42,243 bases of DNA from a virus (taxonomy: Duplodnaviria > Heunggongvirae > Uroviricota > Caudoviricetes), in IMG/VR virus record IMGVR_UViG_3300029976_000110, one strand, 5' to 3'. A program made the translations under genes and the position numbers. How positions within the stretch are numbered: position 1 is the stretch's first letter; every line of letters begins with the position of its first letter. The notes under the pieces are model-generated. The model was given only the letters and a program-made list of their open reading frames with translations. It searched no databases and was not told the origin of the DNA. Below are positions 1-11,100 of the stretch, in pieces.

Positions 1-279
1 GCACTTCATGCTAGACTTCATCACATGGAAAATGATGAGAATATAACTAAAAAAGGTATTCCTGTAGTTGATAATGACGGAGAATAGCAGGCTGAAATAG
101 AATAGGGAGAGATAATATATAGGAAAGAAGTAACTTAGAAATTAGAGGAATTAGAGAAAAAATATAGCGATGAAAGTACTTCTGAAAAAGAAAAAGATGA
201 ATTTGCTTTAGAAGCAGGAAAATTAATCGCAGAAGAAACATTAAATAATACTTCTGATAATACAAATACTTTATTATGA
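1..279 (+). CDS. 3' end of a crAss-like structural/cargo protein (partial, TAG=Gln)
   Basis: Frame 1 reads ALHARLHHMENDENITKKGIPVVDNDGE[Q]QAEIE[Q]GEIIYRKEVT[Q]KLEEL...NTLL-TGA with 3 in-frame TAG; the stop overlaps the next ATG (ATGA at 276-279). Confidence 0.8.
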
Positions 280-1043
280 ATAATATAAGATATTAGAGAC
301 CTATAGCTAAATTTTAGTACGGAGGAAGAGCTATTGCTATTGCTAGAGAGCCAGCTCTGCTAGATTATATAGATGATGCTGTTTCATCCATAGGTAAATC
401 TGGAGCTTTATCTAAAGTAGGAACTGTTGTAAAAGGATTAGTTAAAGCTAACCCAGTGGCAACTTTTGTTTCTGCATTATTAACTCCAACTCCTACATCA
501 GCTTCAGATACAATGACAGCTCAAAGAGAGATGTTAAATGAGGGTAGAAGAATGATTGCAGAATAGCAAGCAGCTGCTAAACCAAAAGCAAAACCAAAGA
601 CTAAATCGAAAGTTAAACCGAAAACTGAAGCTGAACCTACTGCAAAACCAAAAACTGAAGCTAAACCTATAGCAGAACCAAAAGTTAAACCAACATTACG
701 CCAGCGAATCGGAGATAAAATTGCAGGAAGATCTTAGTCTACACCTTCTCAAACTCCTCAAGATCCAATAGAAAAACCTTGGTATAAAAAGAAATGGCCT
801 TATATTACTGGAGGTATAGTGTATAGTAATTATGCTTTAAGAAATAATCTTATAAACCCTGCCATTAAAACATGGGCAATCGGACCTGATACTACTTCAG
901 TATAGCGACCAACCACACAAACAACATAGTAGTCAGAAACATATCAGCCAATAGTACAAAATAATGATACTGTTGTACAAAGTGATGCTGCATTTATTCC
1001 AGGAGATAGTATAACAATAGGCAATTAGATCTATGGAAGATAA
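276..1043 (+). CDS. hypothetical virion-associated protein, 255 aa (TAG=Gln), N-terminal KFQYGG motif and Pro/Lys-rich linker
   Basis: Manual translation MNNIRY[Q]RPIAKF[Q]YGG...IYGR-TAA; 8 in-frame TAG and no TAA/TGA; absent from the ORF track. Confidence 0.8.
572..695 (+). repeat. degenerate Pro/Lys/Glu-rich coding repeat (AAKPKAKPKTKSKVKPKTEAEPTAKPKTEAKPIAEPKVKP)
   Basis: Recurring aaacca/aaaccg/gaacc units, in frame within CDS 276-1043. Confidence 0.7.
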
Positions 1044-1060
1044 TTGATAAAAAAAAAACA

Positions 1061-2326
1061 ATGAGTACACCCAAAGGAGCAATTAAAAAGAATGGTAAAT
1101 GGGTAACTAAAACCAGTGGAAAGGAATTACATTATACTGGTGGAGGAACAGATTATAGTTATTATGCAATAGGCGCAGATGGAAAACCTTATTTTTATGA
1201 CCCAAACACAGGTAAGTTTACCGCAAGAAAGGCATATCGTCCAAATCCTAGCAAAAATAAAAGTGTAAAAGCACAAGAAGCTGCTTATGCTGCATAGAAT
1301 ACTTTACGTGGAGGTAACTATAATGCATCTAGAAATAATATGCAATTAGCAGACAATGATTTAAGTAGTCACTTTAAAACATTTAAAGAAGCATTTGATT
1401 ATGCGAGATCAGTAGGTGCTTCGGGTTTATTATGGAAAGGTGGAAGTTATAATACAAGATCTAAAGGAGAAACTGTAGAAGAATGGCAGAATCAAATGAA
1501 AGCTAATAGTAAAAATCCTGTTTCTTCTGAGTTTACTACTGGAGCTATGGGTATTTTTAATAATGGCAAATACCTAAGCAAAGTAGATGAGAATGGATAT
1601 TATGGTTAGAAGAAAATGGGTGATACTAAAACTGTAATTGAGAGAAATGAAGCTTCAGTTTTACACCCTAGGAAAGAACCTTATCATTGGGAGTATTCTT
1701 CTGCCTATGATCCTTATATGTTTGGTAATATAATGGGAATGTTTAGTCCTACTAATCAAATTGGAGCTATTGCAAGAGCTACTAGAGGAGAAGGAGCAGG
1801 TAACTCTTGGTCTCAAAGATACTTTGATAATCTTCTAGGATTATATGATTCCACTGCAGCTTTCTAGAATAGAGGATTAACTAGTGTAAGTTCTGCTACA
1901 GAATAGTTAGCAGATAAACATCCTTATGCAAATGCTGCTGTTAATATGGTAGTAGATGCTGTAACCTTAGGAGGACCTAAAAGAATACCTGAACAAAAAA
2001 TTCCTATTAGAAAATGGGGATGGAGAAATAGATATAAAAGAGTACCTACTTCTACTGAAGTTCCTGTTGATGAGGGATATATAAATCCATTTAACCCAAA
2101 CGCAGGATAGTTTGTAAAAACAGGAGAAGGAACTGCTACTATTCCAGGAAAGTCAATAAGAGTCGAAAGACCTTAGTCAGAATGGAAAAGAGTATAGAGA
2201 ACTACTGGTTATACCACAATACCCGCATCTTGGGATTTTGACGCAGGAACTAGTCTTCTTGGAGGTTTTGCTTCTGCAAATAGCAGTTAGGATTTATTAA
2301 ATAGAAGTAATGAAAATAACAATTAA
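1061..2326 (+). CDS. hypothetical protein, 421 aa (TAG=Gln)
   Basis: Track ORFs 1061, 1340 and 1616 share one frame and each ends at TAG; read-through continues to TAA at 2324-2326; 8 in-frame TAG. Confidence 0.8.
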
Positions 2327-2888
2327 TAATAAAGAGTATAATGTAAAAGAAGCTCATTCTGAAGAGGAAAAAGAGAGAGGTTTACAAGGAATAGAGAATT
2401 TAGGAGAAAGTGAAGGTATGCTTTTTTTCTTTGATCCTCCAGAGATTGTAGAATTTTATATGAAAGATACTCTTATTCCACTTGATATTATATTTATCAA
2501 TGAAGATCAAGAGGTAATCAAAGTTGCTAAGGGCAAACCAAATGATGAAACTCTCATTTCCTCAGATGAAGAAGTTGCTTATGTCTTAGAAGTAAATCAA
2601 GATTCTAAAATTAAAGTAGGGGATGAACTAGATTTTTCAGACGAAAAACTTCCAGTAATGAAAGTATTAGCCCAAGACGGTAGTACACAAATGGAATTAT
2701 GGGGAGGGGAACGAATTTTCCGTAGAACATTTACAAAATAGTTAATTAATTTAGTTAAAAAATCAAAAGAATTAAAAGATGATGAAGAAAAACTAAATTC
2801 TTTGTATAAACGAATTGGGAGAAAAATGTTTAAAGAGATTCAAGCTCAAAATAATCGTCCTAATGAATATGTTAAATCTCCCAATTAA
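2310..2888 (+). CDS. DUF192 (UPF0127)-family protein with C-terminal extension, 192 aa (TAG=Gln)
   Basis: Motifs EEKERGLQG, GMLFFF, FYMKDTLIPLDIIFI and YVLEVN are typical of DUF192; one TAG at 2739-2741 is read through to TAA at 2886-2888. Confidence 0.8.
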
Positions 2889-2900
2889 AAAGAAAATATA

Positions 2901-2932
2901 TTTGGAATAATCAACTTTAATTAGTATTTTTG
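2901..2932 (+). promoter_or_regulatory. Bacteroidota sigma-A-type promoter (-33 TTTG, -7 TAnnTTTG)
   Basis: TTTG (2901-2904), 20-nt spacer, TATTTTTG (2925-2932), 38 nt upstream of ATG 2971; exact match to the TTTG-N19-21-TAnnTTTG consensus. Confidence 0.7.
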
Positions 2933-2970
2933 ACTTAAACTTAGTTTAATTAATTAAAATTTTAAAAATT

Positions 2971-3261
2971 ATGCGTATAATACCTAAATTTTAGCAAGGT
3001 GGTCCTATGGGTGCTGAAGCACCTGTAGAAGAGCCTATGGCAAGTGCACCAGAGGAAGCACCTGTACAAGAGTAGCAAGATCCAGTAATGATGTTAGCAC
3101 AAATGAGTGCTCAAGCACTTCAAAGTCAAGATTGTCAGATGGCAATGCAAGTATGTCAAGCATTTTTAGAAATGATGCAACAGAATCAAGCTCCTCAAGA
3201 AGCTTAGGGTGAGCCAGTCTTTCGTAAAGGAGGTAAACTTGCCTATAGAATTAAGAAATAA
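2971..3261 (+). CDS. small Gln/Pro/Met-rich putative virion cargo protein, 96 aa (TAG=Gln)
   Basis: MRIIPKF[Q]QGGPMGAEAPVEEP...E[Q]QDPVMMLAQ...EA[Q]GEPVFRKGGKLAYRIKK-TAA; 3 TAG; flanked by a promoter and a terminator; missed by the ORF track. Confidence 0.85.
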
Positions 3262-3277
3262 TAATTATTTAATTTAG

Positions 3278-3313
3278 ATGGGAGCATATAATTAAGTATA
3301 TGTTCCCATTTTT
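3278..3313 (+). terminator. intrinsic terminator
   Basis: Stem ATGGGAGCATATA / TATATGTTCCCAT (one G-U pair) with a 6-nt loop, followed by a T-run, just after the stop at 3261. Confidence 0.75.
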
Positions 3314-3325
3314 AGTTTAAATATT

Positions 3326-6319
3326 ATGTCATTAGTAAGGAAATTAGCAGAAGGAGGAAATACTCCAACAACATATAAAATGTATGGTAAAACATACAAT
3401 TTTGATGATTTTCAACGATCTTCGGATGAAGGATTAGATGAATATCTATCTAATTTAAAGAGAGGAGAAAAGGATCGTGATTAGTTTATCGAAGCATATA
3501 ATAATATGATGTCTGGTATTAAAGACGGAACTATTACTTTTGAAAATGGGTATTATCATGATTCAAAAGGTCGATATTCTAATTCTAAAAAGAAAAATAG
3601 AGATTATTATGGGCTAATAGCCAACTATTTATATAGTAAACAAGGAAAACAAGGGGAAGTAGAATCTAATTGGAATGGAAGTGAAAGTATAGGTAAAGAT
3701 TTAATTAAAGAAATTTTTAATTCTAATACTGGAAATTTACAAGATTTTATTGATTTAGATCCTCTTGATGAAAAAACTAATAAACGAGGAATAGATAGAA
3801 GAGCTAGTTATTTAGCTGATAAACTTCAAGAAATCTATAATACTTTTGATACCAGATATTCTGGATATACTACTCAAGAAAAAGCTGATGCTTTAAGTAA
3901 TATACAAGCTGCTATTAATGCTTTAAGTAATAAAACTATCGATGCTGGAGATTATCTAGCTTTAAGTAGAGCAGCAAGTGGTTTGGATTATCGTACAATG
4001 TTTGGAGATGTTTCTAATACTCCTTCTATTATTCAAGATAGTGAAACTCCAACTATTAATGAACGAGTTACCCCTAATCAAAGAAATGGTCAAGGAAATA
4101 ATCACTCATCTGAACAACTATCAGAAGATTAGTTTAACACTTGGATCGATTCACAATATAAACCTGTTACAAAATATGCCACAGGAACTTTAACATTTAG
4201 CAAAACTGGTAAATGGACTTAGGATCAATTTAATAAAATATTGGGTTCTTTGTCACAAGCCCAAGTATATGGTATGATCAATAAATTATTTAATGATCCT
4301 ACTTATAAGTTTAACAAAGATTCTGAGGTTACGAAACGCTTTGGACAAGGGTATACATTCCAAGTTGCTAATAACACAGCATTATTTGGATTACTTCATT
4401 GGGCATAGCAAAAAGGATGGCTTGAAGATATAGGTAATGGTTCTTATTATATACCATATAGTCATAAAAACGGAAGAACTGGGTGGGCTGTTAACCTAGA
4501 CACTAATCAATTACAAGAAATTGATAGAACTAAAGTTCCTTCTGTTCGCAAACAACTATCAAAAAGTTTTCAATAGTATTTTACTCAATCACATAAAAAC
4601 GGAGGTATTTTAAAAGCTCAAAACGGTACTTTTTTTAATAACATCTGGGCTGGTGATAACTCTGACACTGGTTATAGTACTTATTTAAATAGAATATTTA
4701 ATAATACTAATGTATTAGATTGGATGAAAGGTAATTATAATGGAGATACCGCCACATCCGACTATTCTAATTACGTTAAACGTAATGTTGATCAAAGACA
4801 TTAGTATAAAATAAATGATTACAATAATAGTTCTAAATACACAGCTAATGAAGGTGTTAGAACGTTTAATACTGGATATTAGAATAATGGTAATACATTG
4901 AATTATACTCTATTCGGAAATACTTCTGAAGACTATAATAATAAAACAGGTGGAGCTGCTTATAGTTTGATTAATTTCTCACGTCCTAATAAAGCGTTGA
5001 ACACAGGGGATAGTTATAATTCTGATAAATCTAAAGCCTACATTGACAATGCATTAGGACTTCAAACGTACTCTAGAGTTGCATCACTTACTGATCCTAA
5101 TATTAAGACTGGAGGATTCGGTGATTGGGGCTCTTATTGGAAAGGATTAGGTAATACTGGTGCTTATTATTATGTTGCTGAGGGAGATACTTCTGGAAAA
5201 GGACAATGGATTCCTACTTCAGATACTTCTTTAAATAATTATCAAGCATTTGATAAACCTGCAGATTCTCAACCTGCAGTTGAAACTCCTACTGAACCAA
5301 CTAATGAAGGTCCGAGTTCAAATATTTATAGAACTCCAAATTCAAAAAATCAAGGTTCTCCTATTGGAAGTGCCATAGGAAATGCATTAGGTACAGTAGC
5401 TTCTAATGGAGATTTAGTTGGAGCAGGAAGATTATTATATTCATTGAGAACTAATAATCGTGTTGCTAAAGTATTACGTGATGCCTTACATCCACTATTA
5501 ATAGATACTTATGAATTATATTCTCCTGTTACAGGAGCATTTAGTGAAATGTAGTTTAGAAATAGGCAAGCTGCTAATACACGTCGACTTGGAAATAAAA
5601 TCGCAGCTAGTAATTCTGATGCATCTCTTGGAGCTGCTGCTATGTTAGATGCTAATAGGCAGGCTACTGATCTAGAGTATCAAGGATTCTTAGCGGATGA
5701 TAAGGAAATTAAAAGAACACAGGCAGAAGCTCTTAAAAGACAAGAGGCTAATGCTTATCTTAGAACAGACGTTGCTAATAAGAATAGAGAATCTATTCAT
5801 AATACTAATGTATGGCGGTCTCAATTAGAAGCAACTAGACTAAAATAGAACTGGCAATCTACTGATAATTTCTTATCAGGAATTGAACAACGACAAAGAG
5901 CTAAATATGCCGAGGATAAAGCACGTAAACAACAATTTGATTATCAAGTTACTGAAGATTAGCTTAATTCAGAAGTTAATAGCTATTTAACTCCAGAAAT
6001 GTCCAAAGTTGAAGCAGCAAAACAAAAACTTGCAACTGTTAATCCATTTAATACTGCTGCTTATAATCAAGCATATAATGAATATGTAACAGCAGCACAA
6101 GCTTATTCTAAAAAGAAAAGTCAATTATCTAATTGGATTCAAGCAAGACAAAGAGCTAATTATGCAAATATATATGGATATAAATATACTAATCCATATT
6201 TAAATTAGACTGCTGAACAATATTGGAATAAAAACTATGCTAGTTTACGTAATGGTGGTACTTTAAGTTTAAAAGCTAGAAATACTATAAATAAAATAAT
6301 TCATGAAAATCATTCCTAA
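3326..6319 (+). CDS. large putative virion cargo protein, 997 aa (TAG=Gln)
   Basis: ATG 3326 (MSLVRKLAEGG); track ORFs 3506, 4898, 5642 and 5999 are all in this frame and end at TAG; the gaps translate without TAA/TGA; stop TAA at 6317-6319. Confidence 0.85.
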
Positions 6320-8174
6320 ATTTTAGAATGGGGGATTTGCTAGTTATTTTACGACATATCAACCAGTATAGGTGCCAAAAATTGATGCTGGAACTACTAC
6401 AAAAAGTAGTTCTAGTTCATCAACTAAGTCTAGTAAGGAAACTGATGATACTAAAGGCAAGTTAACAGAAAAGGATTTCTTTAATATGATTAAAGATATT
6501 GATGGACTTCCTAATGAAATGACTGAAATAGTATAGAATCTTACTAGAACATTTTAGATTTAGAATATAATGGGAATAGATACTTAGGATCTATCTACAA
6601 CATATCTTAAAAATTTATTATAGATTAAAATTGCTTCCTAGAATAAAGCAAAATATGATGAAGCTTGGAAAAATGCTTCTGAAAACGGTTCTATGGCTGA
6701 ACCTGCTATTGCTCTTAATGGCGATATAATGGTACAAACTAAAGATGGATAGTTAACTAATGTTAATCTTTAGACTTATTATGCTAATAAGGATTAGTTA
6801 ACACCATTATCTGTATCTTAGTTACTAAATCTACGCGCTCATTCTTCTGCTTCTAATTGGGATTAGAAAATATTCAATATTGTCAATAATAGTATGGGAT
6901 ATGAGAGTTTTTAGGCTTTACTTGATAAGGCTAAAACAACTTTAGGATCTACAGAATACTCTGAAAAAGGCATACGCAGCAAGGATGCATTATTAGGATT
7001 ACAAACAGTTTAGGCTTTATCTCCTCAAGATAGAGAAAAATATATATAGTGGGCAATGGATGGAGTATATAATTATGATACTGCTTCATCTAACAATATT
7101 GAATAGATTAATGCTCTGTTTAATTATATGATGTCTGTTTTACCACAACGAGCAAAGACTTGGGCTTCTATTAAAACTGGAATTGCTAATAGTGAAATTG
7201 CTGCTAGAGAATTAATTGGAGAATACTTAAAAACAGGAGCTATTTCTAATAGTCATTATAATGTTTCTTATGAAGGCTCAAGAGATAGTATATCTAAGGG
7301 TTCTTCCAAGTCTGGTAGTAAATCTGGAGGAATAGATAATACTGATGCAGGTTTCTGGACTCAATTACAAGCAGGTCAAGGAGGAGACGAAGCTCCTTAT
7401 ACTATATTAAATGGAAAGGGAATGCAATCAATTACTGGTAAATATTATGGAGTAACTCCTGGGTTAGATAATAACAAATCATTAGGAGATTATATTTCTG
7501 ATTCCAAGGTTGGATATTTGATTAAAAATACACATAATATTACTTTTGGAGATATTCCTATTTCAACAGATAGTTTTAATGATGTTATGATTAATGCAGC
7601 TTCTGGAGTCATGGCTGTTACCCTACCTAAAAAATTGGATGGAACTGTTGATTTATCTATTGCAAAAACTTATGATGAAATAATTACACGATTACGGGGT
7701 GAAGGTTTATAGATAGGCACAGATTAGTATAAGAAGCGTATGGGCCAATTACTAAAGGATGCAAAATTAGATACGCTGTTAACTTCAGATGGGACACCAA
7801 ACCCAGATAGATTTGGATTTTTCTTAGTTCTTACTGGTCTAACTAGCAAAAAAGCGCAAGGAGTTGTAAATAAAACTAATAAATCTTTTGATGACATACA
7901 AAGTGATTGGATAATTAATGCAGGAGATGATAATGGTTTATATGATACACTAAAGTAGGGTTTAACCAATAAAGATAGAGGTGAATATGATGTAGATGCT
8001 GCAGGATATGGATTTATCTATAATGATGATCTGTATAAAGGTAACATCTATATACCTCTTAATATTAATCCAATTAATGCTAAAAATGCAGATGATAGTA
8101 CTATTTCTGATGCTGAAGCTAGGATCTATGAGAAGTTAACACAATAGAAATCAAATGAATCTACACAATTATGA
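6303..8174 (+). CDS. putative virion cargo protein, 623 aa (TAG=Gln)
   Basis: MKIIPKF[Q]NGGFASYF...; track ORFs 7128 and 7740 are in frame; ends at TGA 8172-8174 overlapping the next ATG. Confidence 0.85.
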
Positions 8175-11100
8175 AATAGAATGATTGGATAGTAGCAAAG
8201 TTAAATAATCCAGACTACGATGTCTATGATTTTAAATATATTTCAGGTTTAACACTAGATAATACACAATTACTTCCTAAAAGTGCTTATATTAATAGTC
8301 CTCTGATTACATCCAATTAGTAGTTTTAGAATGATAAAGGAGAATTTAAAGAATCAATGTTTGATACCTTTTATTCTAAATCAGCTTCGGATTTTTCTGA
8401 TTTCTCAGCAGAAGATGAGATGGATAATTATCAATATAGTATGTGGGATGTTAGGAAACCTAAAGACGGAAAAGTAAAAAATCCTAATTTCTCATTAAAT
8501 ATATAGAATAATCCAGACCATGTAAAAATAGGAGCTTATGATTTTAATCAAATAACTCCCTCTGATAAATCAAGAAGAGAATTAGCATAGGAAAGTAAAA
8601 TATACGATCCTGCTACTAATACTTGGTCTGAGAATACTCTTAATGATATTTCTTTATTTAAAAATCCTATAAAATATATTGAATCTTTATTTGATGATCC
8701 ATTAGTATATGCTACTTATGATGAAGACACTTATGAAGTTGATCCTAATACAGGAAAATAGGTTCTTCATTAGAAAGGAGAATGGAAAATTAATGAAGAT
8801 GGAGAATATTATACTGAAAAACTAAATGGAAGATCTTTAGTTGGAAAATCAGTAGTTTCATCTACTGATTATTTAACTAGTGAAGATTCTTCTGTAAATA
8901 AATATGATTTCTTTGATTCGGATGGTTTAGATAAATCTGTAACAGGAACGATAGTTAAAAATTTAGCAGCTTATGCCCCTGTTTTAATTCCAGGTGTAGG
9001 TACAGTTTATGCTGGATTAATGGTAGGCAGAGAAATAACTAAATCTTTACCTATGCTTTATGGTATGGTAACAGGTTTATCTGGTTCAGATAATACTGAT
9101 TCTTAGTTATTAAATACTATTGCTGCTTATGGGCAGAAATTTACAGGAAGTACATCTGACTATTCTCAAAATAACACTTTTACTTTTGAGAATATTGGAT
9201 CTATGATTTCTGATGTTGCTCTTCAATGGGGACAATAGAGATTTATAGCTGATACTTTTTCTAAACTAACCACAGGTGGTGATCGTGCTATTAAAACTGC
9301 TTACGTAAAAGCACAAGCTGACTATGCGAATAGAGTAGGGAAGGTGTTTGAAGATGCTTCAAAAGGTAAATTATCACTAGATCAATTAAGTAATTATATC
9401 GGGACAACTAATCTCAATAATATCAAATCTGATTTAATTGATTCTGGAAAATGGGTAGATTCTGTATTAGGAAAAGCAGCTATAGCTAAATACGTTACTC
9501 CTGCACAAACTATTCTTAATAATAGAATAAAAACTGGTTAGGATTTATCTTTAGCTTATATGGCTGTTATATCTAATACAGACGTATATGATTCAGTACT
9601 TCAACACGGTGGAACTCCTTTTGAAGCGGCAGCTATTGCTTTAGGTAGCACTATAGGAATGTTTTCAGTTGATAAGTATCTTCACTTGGGAGAGGCTTTC
9701 TTTAATGAAGATTCTGCAAGAAAAGCCATCAGAACATCTGCGGTTAATAGTGTTAACGAACTTAGAAATACACTCGGATGGCAACAAGCTGTCGATACTA
9801 CTACAAAGAAAGGTATTGTTGGATTAATTCAAAAAGGTATTAATTCGGGTAAAAAAGCTGTTCAAAATTATGAAAATGCTTTAAAAGAACATACTCTTGG
9901 ATTTGCAGGAAAAGCTCTTGGAGAAGGTGTTGAGGAAGTTAGTGAAGAAATTGTAACTGACTTAACCAAAACCTTAGGAGAATTAGCAGGACAACTTGGA
10001 TATTTTTCTCAAACAGATTATGGTGCTTGGGATAATGTCATGGAGAGATATGGAATGTCTCTTTTAGGAGGTGCTGCTGGTGGTGGATTATTCTATACTA
10101 AATATGCTATTGATAATAGAGGAAGAGCTAATCAAGAATTTCAAAATGATCTTGTTTATCTAATTAGAAATGGTAAGAAAGATGAAGTTCTTGCAGAATT
10201 AGCTAAAATGAAAGATAATAATCAACTTGGTGATAAAAATCTATCTGTTGATACTACAACAGATGATAAAGGGAATAGAACCTACTTAACAGCAGATTCT
10301 GAACACCAATCTCAAGCTGATTATATATATAATACTCTTGTATCTAATATAAATCAATTAGACACAATACTTAATGGAAGTGGTTTAAGATTAAATGAAG
10401 ATGAACTGTTTGATAAAATGGTTCAAGGTGAATATACTGCAGGAGCATTAAAAAAGTTTTTAGCGGATAATAAACAAATATCTTATATCACTAATTATTA
10501 GCAAGATTTCCAAAATTTAGCTAATTAGATAATTAATAAACAAAAAGAAATTTAGGAGCATATTAATAATACTCCAGATCCTTCTAAAAGAGGAACTGAA
10601 TTTCAAGAGAAGCTATCCAAATTAAAACAAGAAGAATAGGAATTGATTAATCAGAGAGATTATTTATTTGGCGAAGGTTCTCTTGGATATGTTGAAAAAA
10701 TGCTTTTTGCTATAGATTTAGGGGTTAGTGGTCCATTAGTCTCTTTGTCTAAAGAACAATATGCTAAAAATAATTTCGGAAAAGATATTTCTGAATTATC
10801 TGCTTCTGAAAAACAAACTCTTGATAAGTAGTTTGAAGATTATGAAAAAAATTCTAAGAAAACAAGCTTAGATACTGCATTTAAACTATTTAAGTCAATG
10901 CAGAAGAAAATTAACCCTTCTGTACAAGAGTTAAATTCATTAGATTTATCTGAAAGTATTGCACAATTTAAATAGCTAATCGAAGAAGATCCATATTCTA
11001 AATAGAAAGGTATTTATGATTTATTAGACGGAGAAACTGAAGAGGATTTAAAGGCATTACAACAACAAGAAGGAGAATCTGATGAAGATTATCAAAAACG

